Source: Eledone cirrhosa (lineage: Eukaryota). From it: a DNA stretch of 64,000 bases. The notes below the pieces were generated by a model, which was not told the DNA's origin, searched no databases, and was given only the letters and a program-made list of their open reading frames with translations. The first letter of the stretch is position 1. Each line of letters begins with the position of its first letter. Both the position numbers and the translations under genes were made by a program. Location: contig OZ024740.1 in the NCBI GenBank assembly GCA_964016885.1, positions 161,200,001-161,264,000 on the forward strand. Direction: 5' to 3'. Shown piece by piece: positions 41,401 through 57,480 of the stretch.

Positions 41401-43057
41401 GACTTTGTCAGATATGAAAAGGTTGTTTATAACAGAATACATTTTATCGTGTTCTAAAACATTTCAACAATGAAATATATACACCCAAGGTACCTACTTA
41501 AACATGGCAAAATGGATGATATAAAATTAAAATTTAGAAACATGATCTCAGACCATATCTTTTCCTCGATCGGGAATCAGACACATGGCTAGGTTTGTTA
41601 ACTAACAGTGATCGGTGGTTAAAATGTATTAAATTATCCCATTCTTAAAGAGTCGCAACGAGTGAGGTACTATGGAGTTTCTACAATTGACACGATGATG
41701 TATTACAACGGTCAACGTTGCTTTTGGAATTCTATATACGTAAGCCACAGTATCTACTACTAAATCATTATCATCTTCATTTCGTTTGGTTGATTAATGT
41801 CAGAAAACCTATCGCCTTTTGAAACACATTTAAAGGATGATCGAATATTTCTGGACAAAACATGTAATATAAGGTTTCCACAATTTGCTTGACATTGCCT
41901 TAGAAAATCTCAATTTTGTAGCAACAGTATCTTCTGGAATTCCATTACCATCTTATTTCCATTTCGACTCATCATTAACGACTTTCTCAATCACTTCTAA
42001 CCTTACACATCCTTGTATTTACAACACAGTAGTAATATTCTACTAATCTTTCCTAATTGCAAAATCATTTGCTTCTTGCCTGATAGGATAGCGTTAGATA
42101 ATGCTGATGTTGATTACTCCGTAGGGGAAGAAATTAATTACATCTATACTTCTCAAAAAACAAAACGCAGACTTGATAATAAAAATATGAATGAAATCAA
42201 ATAATTTTAAGCCCCGATGTTCTAACTGCCGAAGTGCTACTATTTAGTTCCGGCTACATGGTGTTAAGCAAACGGGAGATAATATTTTAATCCACCTAGT
42301 AAAATGTTAGTGTCACCAGGACAGAGGTTATGGTGTGATTTCATGTAGGGTTTAAGCGATTAAGAGTATATGACCAATCCGAAGTAAGGTTAAACCCCAG
42401 CTCCTGATTGGCATTCCTTTTAAGGAGTTGTAGCAAAGTGAAATGAAGGACATAACTCTGTCTGGATCGGAAATCGAGTCCATGAGCTTATGATCGTGAG
42501 AGCAGTACTCTAACCACCAGGTAACGTACTTTCGCTCACCTCAAATAGATGGTGGATTCAAATCTACCAGAGATAACATAATCAGAGAAAAAAAATGAAA
42601 TGTTGGGAATTTTGAACCTGAAGTCAAAATAGAGAAAGATCTCATTGATTTGTTGAGGTTTCTCAAAACTAGATTCAAGAAGTATTTTACAGAATTTTAA
42701 AAGTAAAATTCAAGATAAGAGGACTTTGTTAATTTATTGGGGTTTCCTAAAACAATTTTCAGGAAGTATCTTACAGAATTTTGCAGAGCACTTTATGAAA
42801 TATTCACAAGAGGAGGTTATTGCTACTTTCCCGAAAACTATGATAAAACTTGAGATCAGTTTAATTTATTCACCTTGCATTTTTGGCAATGATATTTGTT
42901 TGATATTTTGCAATGATATTTGTCATAGTGATACTATTTCATACATTTCAAAAACAAAACAAAAAACAATTATATGAAATATTTTAATGAGTTATGATAA
43001 AACATAGAGGTTATTAAAAATGTTATACATACACACACACACAAGCACACACACACA

Positions 43058-43128
<71 letters not shown>

Positions 43129-43142
43129 ACACACACACACGC

Positions 43143-43186
<44 letters not shown>

Positions 43187-43316
43187 CAAGCGTGACCCTA
43201 ACACTTTGTACTGCATCTTCGCTTTGTTTTTGTTTTGTTTTTTGTTTTCTGTTTTAACTATATATATATATATATATATATATTGGAAAATGTGTGTAAT
43301 CCTTGGTACAGTTAAG

Positions 43317-44091
43317 TATATTAAGACAGGGGGGAAGAAAAAATGGCTTCACTTGTGCTTTCAACAAATTTATTTTCTTCACAAAATCCAAAAAGAATTT
43401 TTTTCCGGATTAGAAAAAATTTTCTTAAAAAAAAATTTTTTAATAAATTAAGTTGTTGGTTGTTGGTTAGGTCTTAGGAGTTCTTGGTTAACGTAGGAGG
43501 TATTGTTTCGTTTTTAGAAAGACCTTTCACGCTGAGGTGTGCTTGTCAAACTGATGTGTATGTGGTGTGTTGTTCTATATATAGGGATTTAACATGTCTG
43601 TGGTGTGGTAGGGGTTTTTTCTCCCCCTTTAATAAGTGTAGGGGTGTAGGTGTGTTGAAAAAATGTTAATAGCAGTAATGAGTTGAGACAGTGAGAACCC
43701 TACTCACTGTCTCAACTCATTACTGCTATTAACATTTTTTCAACACACCTACACCCCTACACTTATTAAAGGGGGAGAAAAAAAAAAAACCCACCACACC
43801 ACAGACATGTTAAATCCCTATATATAGAACAACACACCACATACACATCAGTTTGACAAGCGCACCTCAGCGTGAAAGATCTTTCTAAAAACGAAACAAT
43901 ACCTTCTACGTTAACCAAGAACTCCTAAGACCTAACCAACAACCAACAACTTAATTTATTAAAAAAAAAATTTTTTTTTTAAGAAAGTTTTTTCTAATCC
44001 GGAAAAAAATTCTTTTTGGATTTTGTGAAGAAAATAAATTTGTTGAAAGCACAAGTGAAGCCATTTTTTTCTTCCCCCCTGTCTTAATATA
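43317..44091. repeat. Large fold-back palindrome (arms about 380 bp, 7-nt loop at 43696-43702) in (TA)n; PLE pseudo-LTR-like
   Basis: Arms are reverse complements with few mismatches; one-sided tail at 43283-43316; HHR-like core at 43853-43883. Confidence 0.9.
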
Positions 44092-44107
44092 TATATATAT
44101 ATATATA

Positions 44108-44188
44108 TACAGGGTCTCCCACCAAAAATATACATACTTGCCTTTATAAGTAATCAAAGGGTGTATACATTTTGGGGGACACCTTATA
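44108..44188. mobile_element. Tiny Tc1/mariner-type MITE remnant
   Basis: TA-cagggtctcccaccaaaa ... ttttgggggacacctta-TA imperfect TIRs at a TA target. Confidence 0.55.
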
Positions 44189-44197
44189 TATATATAT

Positions 44198-45765
<1,568 letters not shown>

Positions 45766-45774
45766 CATTTTATA

Positions 45775-46805
45775 TCATCATCATCATCATCATCATTTTA
45801 CGTCCGCTTTTCCCTGCTTGCAAGGGTGGGACGGGTCTTATTCAGCACAGCATCTCTCCACTCGTCACGGTCCCTCGTCATCTCCACCGTGAGCTTCAAT
45901 GATCTGAGGTCTGTTCTCACCACCTCCGCCCATGTTTTTCGTGGTCTACCTCTACCACGTCTTCCTTCAACTGGCATTTCCTGGCACTTCTTCACCCATC
46001 GGTCATCCTCCATGCGCATCACATGTCCATACCACCTCAGTCTCCTCTCCCGTACACTACATTCTATCTCTCTCAGACACAGTTTCTCTCTCAACACATT
46101 TATGCTGGGTCGTTCACGCACATTTACACTGCACATCCAACGGAGCATGCTTGCCTCATTTCTCTCCAGCCGTCGCATATCTTCTGCGGTAGCTGCCCAT
46201 GTCTCACTACCATGCAGCATCGCGCTCCTCACACAGGCATCATACAACCGGCCTTTCGTACGCAGGGAGAAACCCTTCTTCGTCAACAGAGGAAGCAGCT
46301 CCCTAAACTTCTTCCAACCCGTCCTTATTCTAGATACTATGGCCTCGGAACACCCTCCTCCCATGCTAATCTGATCTCCTAGGTACCGGAAGCTATCCAC
46401 CACTTCTATAGCGCCCTCTCGCATTTGAAAAATGTGTCTATCAGTGCGACTTCTACTGTCTAATTTCCCTGTACATCTACTGCATACATAGTTCTCCCTA
46501 CCTGTTAGTTTGCCTGCTATCCCGCTACATCTCTTGTGTACCCAGGACCTACATTGTGTGCATTTTATAGAATTTATGCCAGTTCCTTTTCTGCATATCG
46601 AACATGGCCATTTCCCTGACGGAATCAGGGTTTTGTCCTCATTTCTACTCATCAACACTTTTGTCTTAGCTAGGTTCACTCTGTCCTCTTGCTTCCAACT
46701 GCTGTTTCCATAGCCGGAATTTATTCTCTAGCTCCTCTACTGATTCTGCCATAAGAGCCAGATCGTCAGCATAGAGAAGTTCCCATGGACAGCCAGTCTT
46801 AAACT

Positions 46806-46808
<3 letters not shown>
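45775..46808 (-). mobile_element. RTE-clade LINE, 5'-truncated, with Cys-rich (PHD-like) insertion in the RT and a (GAT)n tail
   Basis: WELLYADDLAL, KWPCSIC...CTQCRSWVHKRC, FRYLG, MLHGSETW, RLRWYGHV, GRGRPRKTW; ORF 45798-46679. Confidence 0.92.
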
Positions 46809-46869
<61 letters not shown>

Positions 46870-46871
<2 letters not shown>

Positions 46872-48010
46872 GAAATTACAGGAGGCTGGATTTGTGTAAA
46901 CTAATATATATAAAATATATATATATAAAATATAGAGCTAATATCTCAATAATCTAATTAGTTTAAAATCTTCTTTTCTCAAATGCTTTTACTCTTTTAC
47001 AAATATACCCATCTTTCTACCTTATTTCAGTATATTATATTATACAATTTACTCATTCTATGTCATTAGCGGTCCCCTATTTTTCTTCTTTTTTATCCTT
47101 TTTACTTTCTTCCTTTTTTCTTTTTTAATTTCTAATCTTTAATCTGTAACTTTTACTACTCAATTACTTCTTAATTCATATTATTACTCACTATAGCATT
47201 TTCCTTATATTTTTGGCTATACAAACTATATTGTTAATATATACTAATCTTACCATTAGTAAATTTTGTAAACATACATATATTTTTTGACGTTATATTT
47301 TTACTCCCTTAAATTTTCCTCTTTCTTCTCTTCTTCCGTGCTCGTATTAAACCTATTATTTACTTTTTCATATTACTATACATAAAAACAAACTTAAGCC
47401 CTAACTAATTCCTCTCAGTTCATAATTCATTTAATCTCTTCTTCATTCACCTTATATCCTTAATATTTTAATTTTAATAATACATATTAATAAATTCCTT
47501 TTCGCACATATTATTAAACCCTTCAATATATAAACCTTAAATAAATGCTATTCTTAATTCCTTTTTCTTTAATCATAAACATCACCATTCATAAACTTCA
47601 TTAACTTTTAATTTCAAATTTTTTTTTTAATTATCTATTATCTTACAACAGTTTTTTTAATTTTCTCTGTGAGACAGTGTTTCTCAGCATGAAAGGCTAT
47701 CTCTCTCTCTCACGCATGTCTTCTCCTTCCCATCCTGCCTTCTTATACTCCACCCCCGTCATCCTTTATTTTCTTTCTTCCTATTCCTTACCTTTTCCTT
47801 CCCCTCCTCCTTTTTTTCCCAATCTTATATATCCATCTTACTTTATTTTTCATATGTTGATTTAACACTTCACTGCTCGCAAGTGTTTTTTAAGCTTCAT
47901 ATCATGTCTCCCTATTTTATCTGATGAGAACGCAAATATCATCCCATGATGATATTTGTTTTTGAAATGCGCATAATAAAATACATGGAACTCTTTTAAC
48001 CATCTTTTGA
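46870..48010 (+). mobile_element. Probable PLE 3'UTR/pseudo-LTR (T-rich) ending in an HHR
   Basis: Starts at (TA)n, non-coding, terminates with an HHR and AATAAA. Confidence 0.55.
47913..47983 (+). ncRNA. Type I hammerhead ribozyme
   Basis: tattttat CTGATGA gaacgcaaatatcat-cccatg-atgatatttgttttt GAAA tgcgca TA ataaaata. 8-bp stem I; palindromic ATGCGCAT. Confidence 0.9.
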
Positions 48011-48029
48011 TCTTTCACCCACGCCCACC

Positions 48030-49710
48030 TTGCCCAACCTGAAATCCTTTCTCCACCAACTACATAATCGCCTCAAACTTTTCCTCACCCCCCTCCTCCC
48101 GCCCTGCTATCTCCCCTCTGCCCTTCAACTCTCCTACCTTCTCTTCGCCAAAACCCGGCACTCCAGCCACATCCATTTCCTCAGCCACTGCCTCCGCCTC
48201 CACCTTATCCCCCTCGGCTTCCGTCTACACTTCCACCCTTCCCCCGCCGCTTCCCCCTCCACGCAACGTATCCACACCCGATCCTCACGCCTCCTGATGC
48301 GCAACTCCATCCGCGCCTCCCGTTCCACCTTCCGCCAACTTGACCACCAACTGACCCCCACCCTCCTCCGCCTTAACTCCACCTGCCACCCCCTCCTCGC
48401 CCAAGCCATCCTCTCCTTCATCCATAACCTCAACCACAACCGCTTCTCGTTCCTCAGCTCCACCAAAGCCCGCAAGCTACACTCACCCTGAATTGTTTCT
48501 CCTTCTCGGGTGAGTTTTACCAACAGGTCACGGGGTAGCCATGGGTACAAGAATGGGCCCGAACTATGCCAACCTTTTTGTTGGCCATGTTGAGGCCCAA
48601 ATCTTTGCCCAGTACACCGGCCCCACGCCCGAACTGTACGGTCGTTACATTGACGACTGTATCGGAGCCACGACCCTCACCCGAGAACAGCTCGACTCCT
48701 TTCTCTCCTTCTTCTGCTCCTTCCACCCCTCCCTCCACTTCACCACCTCTATCCCCACCACCCACGTCCACTTCTTAGACATCTCCGTCGTCTTCGACCC
48801 CTCCCACCACTCCCTCGTCACCTCCACCTTCTTCAAACCCACCGACTTCCACTCTTACCTCGACTTCACCTCTTCCCACCCCACCCACACTAAACACTCC
48901 ATTCCCTACTCCCAACTTCTCAGGATCCGCCGCCTCTGTAGCCGAGATGCTGACTTTGAGTCCCAGGCCCTTTCCCTAGTCAGCCATTTCATCCGCAGAG
49001 GTTACCCCCCCTCTCTCGTCCACACCGCTCTCACCCGCGCCCGTGCTGTCCCTCGCTCCACCACCCTCACCCCATGCCACCGCACACCCACCCACCGTCT
49101 CCCCTTCCCCATCACCTACCACCCCTCCACCGCACCATCCGCCGCCTCTTCCGACGCCTCCAGTCCGACCCCTCCACCTCCCACATCTTCCCAACCCCAC
49201 CACTCCCCTCCTTCAAACGCGCACGCAATCTCCGCACCCTCCTCGTCCACAGCTCCCTACCTCCCAACCCACGCTCTGTTTCCCCCCCCCCCCGGTTCCT
49301 TTCCCTGTTCTAGGCCCCGCTGCAACACCTGTCCCCACATCACAAACACCACCACCTTCCAGGGTCCCAACGGCCACTCTCTCTCTGTCCGGCATGTCTT
49401 CCGTTGCACCTCCTCCAACCTAGTCTACGTACTTAGCAGCACGGAGTGCAGCGCGACTTATGTCGGACAGGCGGGGCGTCGCCTGGCGGACCGATTCACC
49501 GAGCACCTCCGGGATATTCGTCTCGGGGGTAGTTCCCCCATCGCCCGCCACTTTGGTGGCCCTGGACATTCCGCACGCCATCTCACAGTCTGTGGCCTAC
49601 TCCAGTGCCACGGAACACCCGCCAATCGCCTTACGGTCGAACAACGAACTATCTTCATCTTACAGACCCACACTCCCCCCGGCCTGAACTCCCCACCCTT
49701 ATTCCTTTAG
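48030..49710 (+). pseudogene. Neptune-type RT + GIY-YIG ORF with deletion near 48483 and frameshifts
   Basis: The N-terminus joins directly to LTLNCFSF..QQVTGVAMG, so RT motifs 1-3 are missing. Confidence 0.85.
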
Positions 49711-51210
49711 CCTTCGACCTCCCCCCTTCCCCCACACTTACCCCCCACTAACACCACTAACACACCCCTCCTTTTCACCGCCCACTCCACAACTAACAAT
49801 ACTAACACCTCCACTCCACCCCTCATCTGACCACCCTTCCCCAACTAACACACTAACATCCCTCCCTTCTTCTCCTCCTCCCCCCTCCTTATCACACGCA
49901 CACACCCACCGGCACATATATACACGCGCTCACACTAAACACACACCCTACTACCACCACTAACCCTCACCCCCACACCTCTCACCCCCACACCTCCATC
50001 CCACCACCCCGCAACCAACCTCACTAACACCCCCTAACCCCAAGCACACGAACACACGCACCCACTTACACCACCCACCCCACACGCAACTAACATCACT
50101 AACACCCCCCAACCCCACGCACACGTACCCACACACCCTCGTACACCACCAACTCTATACACCCCACCACCACTAACCCCCACTCACACCTGCATTCAAC
50201 CCCTCCCCACCTCCCGTATACTAACACCCACTAACATCCCTTCATCAAACTACACACACACCAGTACACCACACTCCCTCCATAGAACCACACACACCCT
50301 TCTCTCCCCGCTCCACCCACACCCTCGCTCCACACTCACTCATCCCACTAACACCTCTACTAATACACACACACACACCCTCCTCACTCCAACTTTCACA
50401 CCTACCCATCCTCGCCCCTTTACCATACCACCGACTGCTGCTATGCCCTCTGACCACCTCCCAGCACAAATAGACACACAGCACTCCCACTGCTTGACCA
50501 CTTCCTGTTGCGCGCACACCCCACATCTCTCCTCTTCCGACCGTCGCTTCATGGAATACCCGCACGTAGAAATTGACCAACACAAAATCCGCTATACACC
50601 TTTGGAATTTACCTACTTTTCAACCATCCTCTTACGTAATCACCTATATAACTCACCCACACACACACCCCCAAAAAATTGTTTTCTTCACACGCCACCT
50701 ACACCCACAACACGCTTAAACCCCACACACACGTGCTTTCCACCACATATTAACACCCCCAGCCTCCTGATTCCTCTCCCCCCACCCCTCTATCCACACA
50801 CGCACAGACACTCCGACCCCCCCCCACACACACACACCTCTTCCTGAACATGCAACCCCGTTCTTCCCCCAACCCTTACTTTCACATACACACACACACA
50901 CGTACACCTACACACACACACCACCTTCAGCCCTCCCCGCTCGGACACACCGTCTCCCTCTCCCCACTCCACCCGTCACCACCCCTACATACCCCACACT
51001 CTTCCACCACCTGTTTTACCCCCCTTTTAATTTCAGTTTATTTTGATCATGCTTTTATATTTAAATTTATTTCATTCCTTGTATTTTGATCATGCTTTAT
51101 TTTTATTTTTATCTTTATTTTTTTATTTTTTCATTCGCACCGTTTCCTTTCGCTATATGTCTCTCCACCACTCCCCTACACACCCTTTGAACTCTGTTTC
51201 CACACACTTC

Positions 51211-51246
51211 TCACCTGAGGAAGGGCTTATGCCCGAAACGTCGTCC
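51211..51246 (+). ncRNA. Minimal hammerhead ribozyme of the Neptune element
   Basis: CTGAGGA a-gggc-ttat-gccc GAAAC GTC; stem I is weak; AATAAA at 51281. Confidence 0.7.
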
Positions 51247-51343
51247 CTCACCAACACTCCACTCTCCAGAGCGTGAAATTAATAAACATTCGTTGTACTG
51301 CCTCTCTGTTTTGTCCCTGTTTTGTCCCTGTTCAAATGTTTCC

Positions 51344-51402
<59 letters not shown>

Positions 51403-51604
51403 AAAGTAATAAACGTAATAAAACCTGTAATACACTTAAATTGGTAATACACCAGGGATTCATAATATATTTTAAGTGTGAAACTATTTCATCCAATAAT
51501 GTTATATTATATTATATAATGTTTGCATATACGAAAAAGAGAAAAAAGTAAATAGTGAAAGGGGAGAGGGAGTATCAAAGTCACGCCCCAGTTTCTCAGT
51601 TTCT

Positions 51605-52085
51605 CCATGCAGACAAAATGGCAAGGGTATTGCCACAACGAACAGACAGCAACATATGTCTCATCAGACATTATATTTCATGGGACTCCTTCTTCAGGCA
51701 CCATGCACTCCTCCCAAATTGTGGCGGAAAACAGTGGTTCGGGGATCGAGGACACCAGAGTTCTTAACGACAACTGGCATGTATAAGGAACGGTTGGACA
51801 AGTACGGATGTTTGGCTGTCTTTCTCTCCATCGCGTTACGGGTAATAGTGCCTGTGTCTGTGGCCTAAACGACAAGCCTGGGGGCAGGTAATGTGTTGGA
51901 GCACGTGGTGTCTCAGACTAAAGATGTACCTTGAACGAGAAGAGGGTTAACTCGACTGGACGCTTACCATTACAGAGGATAAGACCAGCAGGCTCCAGTT
52001 GTGACAGAAAATCTGTGGCGCCGAGCTTCCCTCTGATAATGTCGTTCAAGGTGGTGTGTAGAGGGAGCAGACGTGCGCAGGGGTA
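51605..52085 (-). mobile_element. CRE-clade non-LTR fragment (RLE domain)
   Basis: HTTLNDIIRGKLGATDFLSQLEPAGLILCNGKRP..TCSNTL..ERKTAK, homologous to 14540-15050. Confidence 0.7.
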
Positions 52086-52676
52086 ACAAGAGTGAATACA
52101 ATGTGAATACAAAAATATCCCTGAAACAAAAGAAATATGAACCAGGCTTAAGTTCTACGTAATCAGTTGACCTGCTAGAAATAGCACCCAAATTTACATC
52201 AAACATTAGTACATTAGAAAATAACAAGTAATGCCACCATACGCTATCGAGGATGAATTGTTACTTTGCACTATGCTTTCACTAATGGTTTTAAGTATAA
52301 ATGCAGTCGCCAGCAGACTCTGACACCTCCACCTATACATACTTGATCCAGTGAAATATCGAGGAAGTGACAGCTAGGGGAGCGAGCTACATCAGCACTC
52401 GGCTGCTTATATTTACTTTATCGACTCCGAAACGAAGAATGTCAAGTTAGACTTCAACAAGTTTTGAACACAGAGGGAAGAGCACTGAGACAAAATATTG
52501 CAAGGACTCTACTAATCTACCCCCTAACTTGAGATAATATATCAATCATGAAAATATTTCCCATGAAAAGGACGAAAGGATGGTGATGGATGCAAAACTG
52601 TTGTTTATTGGTTTGCTGAATTATAGTTTGCCACAGGCTTATAACGTCAACGACATGTATCTTTGTAACACAACGT

Positions 52677-52737
<61 letters not shown>

Positions 52738-54401
52738 GTCCAGCGAGAGTTTGTATGAAGTTACGTTTTCATTTCCCTTTTCCTTCTCTCTCTTTTTGAC
52801 AAATGAAATATACATATGAAAATATTCTTTTTAACAATTTTGATTTCTCTTTTCAACTCACTGTTTTTTAAATACTGTATTTGTAGTGTTTTAGCGCAAA
52901 TATGCCGAGTTAATTCATTTATTTAGTTTGTATTTTTCATATTCTTGTTGTTTATTTTATTTATATATTTTTGCCCATCATATGAAGGGAAACTTTCTAG
53001 TTTAGATAAGAGATAACACAAAGAAGAAATTTCTTAAAATGGTCGAATGTGTCTCTCGCTGCAATTGCCAAGTAAATAACATCGTCTGTCAAAATATTTT
53101 GTATGTGAGATATATGTTTCCTTATATCAGACAGTACAGTCGCGATTAAATGGTAGTTGTATCATTTGATGTGACACGGTCTATGTTCACAAGAGGATAC
53201 CTATTGTATTGAACTTAGTATTTTTCTGATGTTGTTGTCGTTCTTTTTGTTATTTACCCTCTAGTCAGCTCTACATATGGGCGTAGCATACCCAAATGGT
53301 TCGCAATTATGAGTCTCTGAGTTAGACCCCCACAGTATGACATCTTGGGCAAATGTGATTTTTAACATAACTACAGATTGACTCAATGCCTGAGAGTGAA
53401 ATTAGGTACACGAAAACTGTTTAGAAGTCTGTTGGATAGATGCTATCTGTAATACAATGGGTCGGCCTTGTGTAGTGTCATGCTTATCCGGGTTGAGAAT
53501 TACGTGAAGCGCACATGTGTCTGTGAAACATTCAGCCACATACACATAGTATAATTCTATTGATCGTACAGTTTGAATACTTGTTGTCGAAAGGAACGGA
53601 ATTCCATATATCCACCCTGCCAAAGCAGACCAATGACCACCGAAATATATTGTATATTTAAGTGTATATTAACCAATATGTCATTCATTTTTTTTTAAGA
53701 GAGTGGGGTGCAATTTGGGCGAGATTTAGATATGAATTGTAACAAGTCAAGAAACTGCATACACCCTCCTTCATTAACTTGAGAGGTGCAGCATGCCTTA
53801 ACGATCTCGGATACGTAGAAGGGAAATTCGTTTATATTTTAGTTTACGATAAAGGGACGTAATTCAATACTGAAAAGAATATAGTGTTACTCTCTATCGT
53901 TTCCTCTACTCCACCTGATTACAAAACTTTCGAACAAAGTACAAATTTTCTGGGAATGAGAGAGGATGTAGTCTATTGAGTCGAACACATAGAACACAGA
54001 AACACAAAATGAAATATTATAAAGCAAATAGATCAGTGCTGCAATTATTTCTGTTGCCCAATCGCTTGTAGTAGTAGAGGTAGAAAGATAGAACACATTA
54101 GCGTAATATATCATACACCTGTTGGAGCGATTTCACTTCAGTTTGCAAATAAATTACATTTCTAGTCAGTTTATTGGCAGTCTCTTTTTGGTGTGCTGTT
54201 ATATTCAGGAAACATGGTGAAAATAACTTCCATGAAAATAGCGTATTGATATTTTTATAGTCATACTTCTCTGACAAGAATCCTTCTTTTATTATATTTC
54301 CCTTTCAGAAAACGCTTCAAACAACATCTCCGCTTGTGATTAGCTCCACCGTTATTTGCTGATCTGATCTGATCTAATGCACATTTCTCCGGTCTAGTGT
54401 A

Positions 54402-54442
<41 letters not shown>

Positions 54443-57169
54443 AAAAGAGGGAGAGACTGATGCGTAAATCTTCGTAGCCACCGCTTAGAAAGAAAGAGTA
54501 AGGGATATTATTCCAAATATTGACTCAATGCAAATTATATGCAGTTTATAGAAAAGCGATTACCACTTGTACATTTAAAATGTATATATATATTGATATC
54601 AACCCGATTAGTTAAATCACATAATATAAAGCAGGTTGGTTTAGTTTTGCCTATACACAAAAGATTCCTGAATGCGTAATAAAAACAGATGGCATACAGA
54701 AATGACAGGGTGCAAAGTTTTGATTGTTTGTTCATTTAGATAGCACTTCTCTCTCTTTACATGTGAAGGAAATAAGAAGTAGCCGATATGTGAAAAGTGG
54801 GTACTGGGAATTATTTCAAATGCACTATTGACCAGATAGTAAAAGATATCAGAGAAAAGAAAGATATAGAGAGAATAGTAATTTTTCTGTTATTGTTCAG
54901 TGATCTGAGTATTAATTGCTTTGGAGTAAATATACAAGTGGTTATGCCTGTAAAAGATAGATAAAATGCTTAGCTCCCACAATGGCTAAAATTCTGAAAA
55001 TAATAATTCCATACCATTCACGGTAGTTGTACAACACTTCTGATCACAGTTTAACTTTATTTTGGCTGGTTTTGCGTATTGCTCTTTATGTTTAGCGTCC
55101 GTTGTGAACATATTTGTCATGTTCTTTCAAATTCAGGGTTTGACGATTTGCACTGATGCTATTGGCAATGGCATAAACACCAAAAGTTCTTGAACCCCGA
55201 AAGATGAAAGGCATTGTTGAGGAATGTAATCCGTCCGACACTCTAATGTTACTTCCACTTCGCTGACGAATTATAAGATTTGTTTAGTGGTTCATAAAAT
55301 ATGTATTTTAATATAGAAAACAACATACTTGCCTCATACTTTGAAATGTTTATTGCAGAGTTAATTATTCAAAGAATAATTATTCGAAATATTTAAATAG
55401 TTATTTCTATTATTATTTACTTTCTATTATTTCTATTATTATTTACTCAAAGCTAAAGTTATCTTACACCAACAAAGATGGACACACTATATATCATTTT
55501 TCACACATTTATTGAAACAAAAAAGGCATTGGATCAATTTACTGTATATTTAATGTTCAGAAAAATAGATAAATATCCCATTGCACTTATAAATGAGATA
55601 TTAATGCATAATATAAAAGAAGAAATCTTAGAAAATTAAATGTTTTTTTATGATACAATATTCGTGAAATTTACCCATTGAATTATTACACACAAATACG
55701 CACACACACATACACCAGCACCAAACTACACACCACACACACATACGCACACACACCACACAGACGCATGAGCGAACGCGCACATCAAGAGTGAAATTTT
55801 ACATTCTAACATTTCAAAATTGACGTTTAAAGCTAATAAAAATGCATTGGTTAGCAATTTTATCCGTTTTGAATGTTTAATTCGAAGAAAGAAAAACTTG
55901 GGGGTATTCTTTGACACAAAATATGTACGTTTGAAACACGCACTTCAGGCAAGTTTTAATTTTGAATTTAAATTATTTTTAAATGATATCTTAATGATAA
56001 CTTTTTGTAATTTTCCTATTTCAATTTTTTTCTCATATTGAGAAAAAAAATCCGAAATGCATTTGCAAACAAAATCGATATTTTACAATTCCGCATTAAT
56101 TTTTTGTTTGTTTTTTTTATTATTTTTATTTACTGCGTGAATTCATATTTTTTTATTTTGTTTTTATGTGTTCATCACGATTTTAGCGTTAAAAACACTA
56201 AACGCTATTTCGCCATTCGTTTATGAAACCATGGGGGCAAATGACACTTTGTTTTCAAAGCAAAAACAATAATGCTAGAAGAAGTTGGTGTGTTGAAATT
56301 CGAAAACACAGTTAAAGATTAGGAAATTGAAAGAAAACAAATGAATCAAACAAAGGTAGTTCAAATGTTATCATTAGACTAAATGGAAGAAACCTTCAGC
56401 CGAGCGAAACAGGCTATTTCAGACGTAACTGATAAAAATAGTAATCGTAGCAGAATAATGATTAGATAATTGACAGTTCTCGATGAAGTATTCCGAAAAA
56501 ACTTTCCAGAAATATAAAAAAATGAGTACTCAGCAAGAGATGTTTAAAGTACATCGTTTTCATAATTCCATAAGTCTGGCAACAATCTCGACCCACAACC
56601 CACCATTTAATTATCCACTGACTCTTAAGTCACTGTCACCTTCTCATTTGTCTCCGACTTTGTCACCTGAAACATATCCTTTAACTCTTATACTAATTCT
56701 GTCATTTTCTAATTTATTTTTTTTACTGGTCTCAAAGAAATGTAGCAATGTTGAGGTTCTGTTTTCAAGGGATTTTAAACAATTGTATCACCCGAGTCTT
56801 ATCTTTTATCTTTTCAATTTATCTTATCAGTTTATCTTTTCCGGGTATACAAGCCAGTTGTATGCCTAAACAATTAACTGATCCAGTGCAGATATATTTA
56901 GAAATATATACTAATATCAATTAATTAGTTAACTATTTTTAACTAATTAATTTATATTTAACGAAAGTTTTCCCGAAAAGACCCTGAGCAAGTGAAGGAT
57001 ACGGGGATGGTCAAGGCTGGAATACTTTTGGTTATATGTGTATTCCATTAAGACTGACCTTTAAAATAAAACTATTGCTTCTAGCTATGGGTATAGTTTT
57101 CTTTTATTAAATGTTTCTTTTTTAAAACGACAAGTTTCAGGCACCAAAGCATTTTGTACTTAGAAACCA

Positions 57170-57480
57170 AGTCTGTAAAACCATTCAGTATCCAATTGAC
57201 ACCTTCATTAAAGACCTTACATGATGAGGAATCTAAGGGTTTGTGTTCAGGTAACATGACCCAGTGGCTTTTCAAAAACCCTTCTACAAAACTATGGAAG
57301 AGAAGAAACAACGGTAAGGCATCACAAAATGGACAGGCAAATCATAAACATACACAAGATCTAGCACCAAGCCACGATAGATGGGAACGATTAGTATACA
57401 ACAGTGCACAACAGTGTCTTTGTGAGTCCATCGGCAGTTTAGAAGAACAGTTAAAGAAAAAGACACGGAGAAGCCTCTGT
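57170..57480 (+). mobile_element. Old RTE (BovB-like) 3' fragment
   Basis: DLAPSHDRWERLV...EEQLKKKTRR resembles the RTE C-terminus. Confidence 0.45.

Larger units (their letters stand above)
48015..51345 (+). mobile_element. Penelope-like element, Neptune-type, internally deleted
   Basis: N-terminal K..RHSSHIHFLSHC..LIP.GF; RT GVAMGTRMGPNYANLF and YGRYIDD; CSRPRCNTC knuckle; GIY-YIG (LVYVL..YVGQ..RFTEH..GLN); long C/A-rich 3'UTR; HHR; ends in (TA)n. Confidence 0.9.

Noticed and set aside
53887-54114. 75-aa hydrophobic ORF preceded by an AG, as a host exon
   Set aside because: No recognisable motif and weak splice signals.
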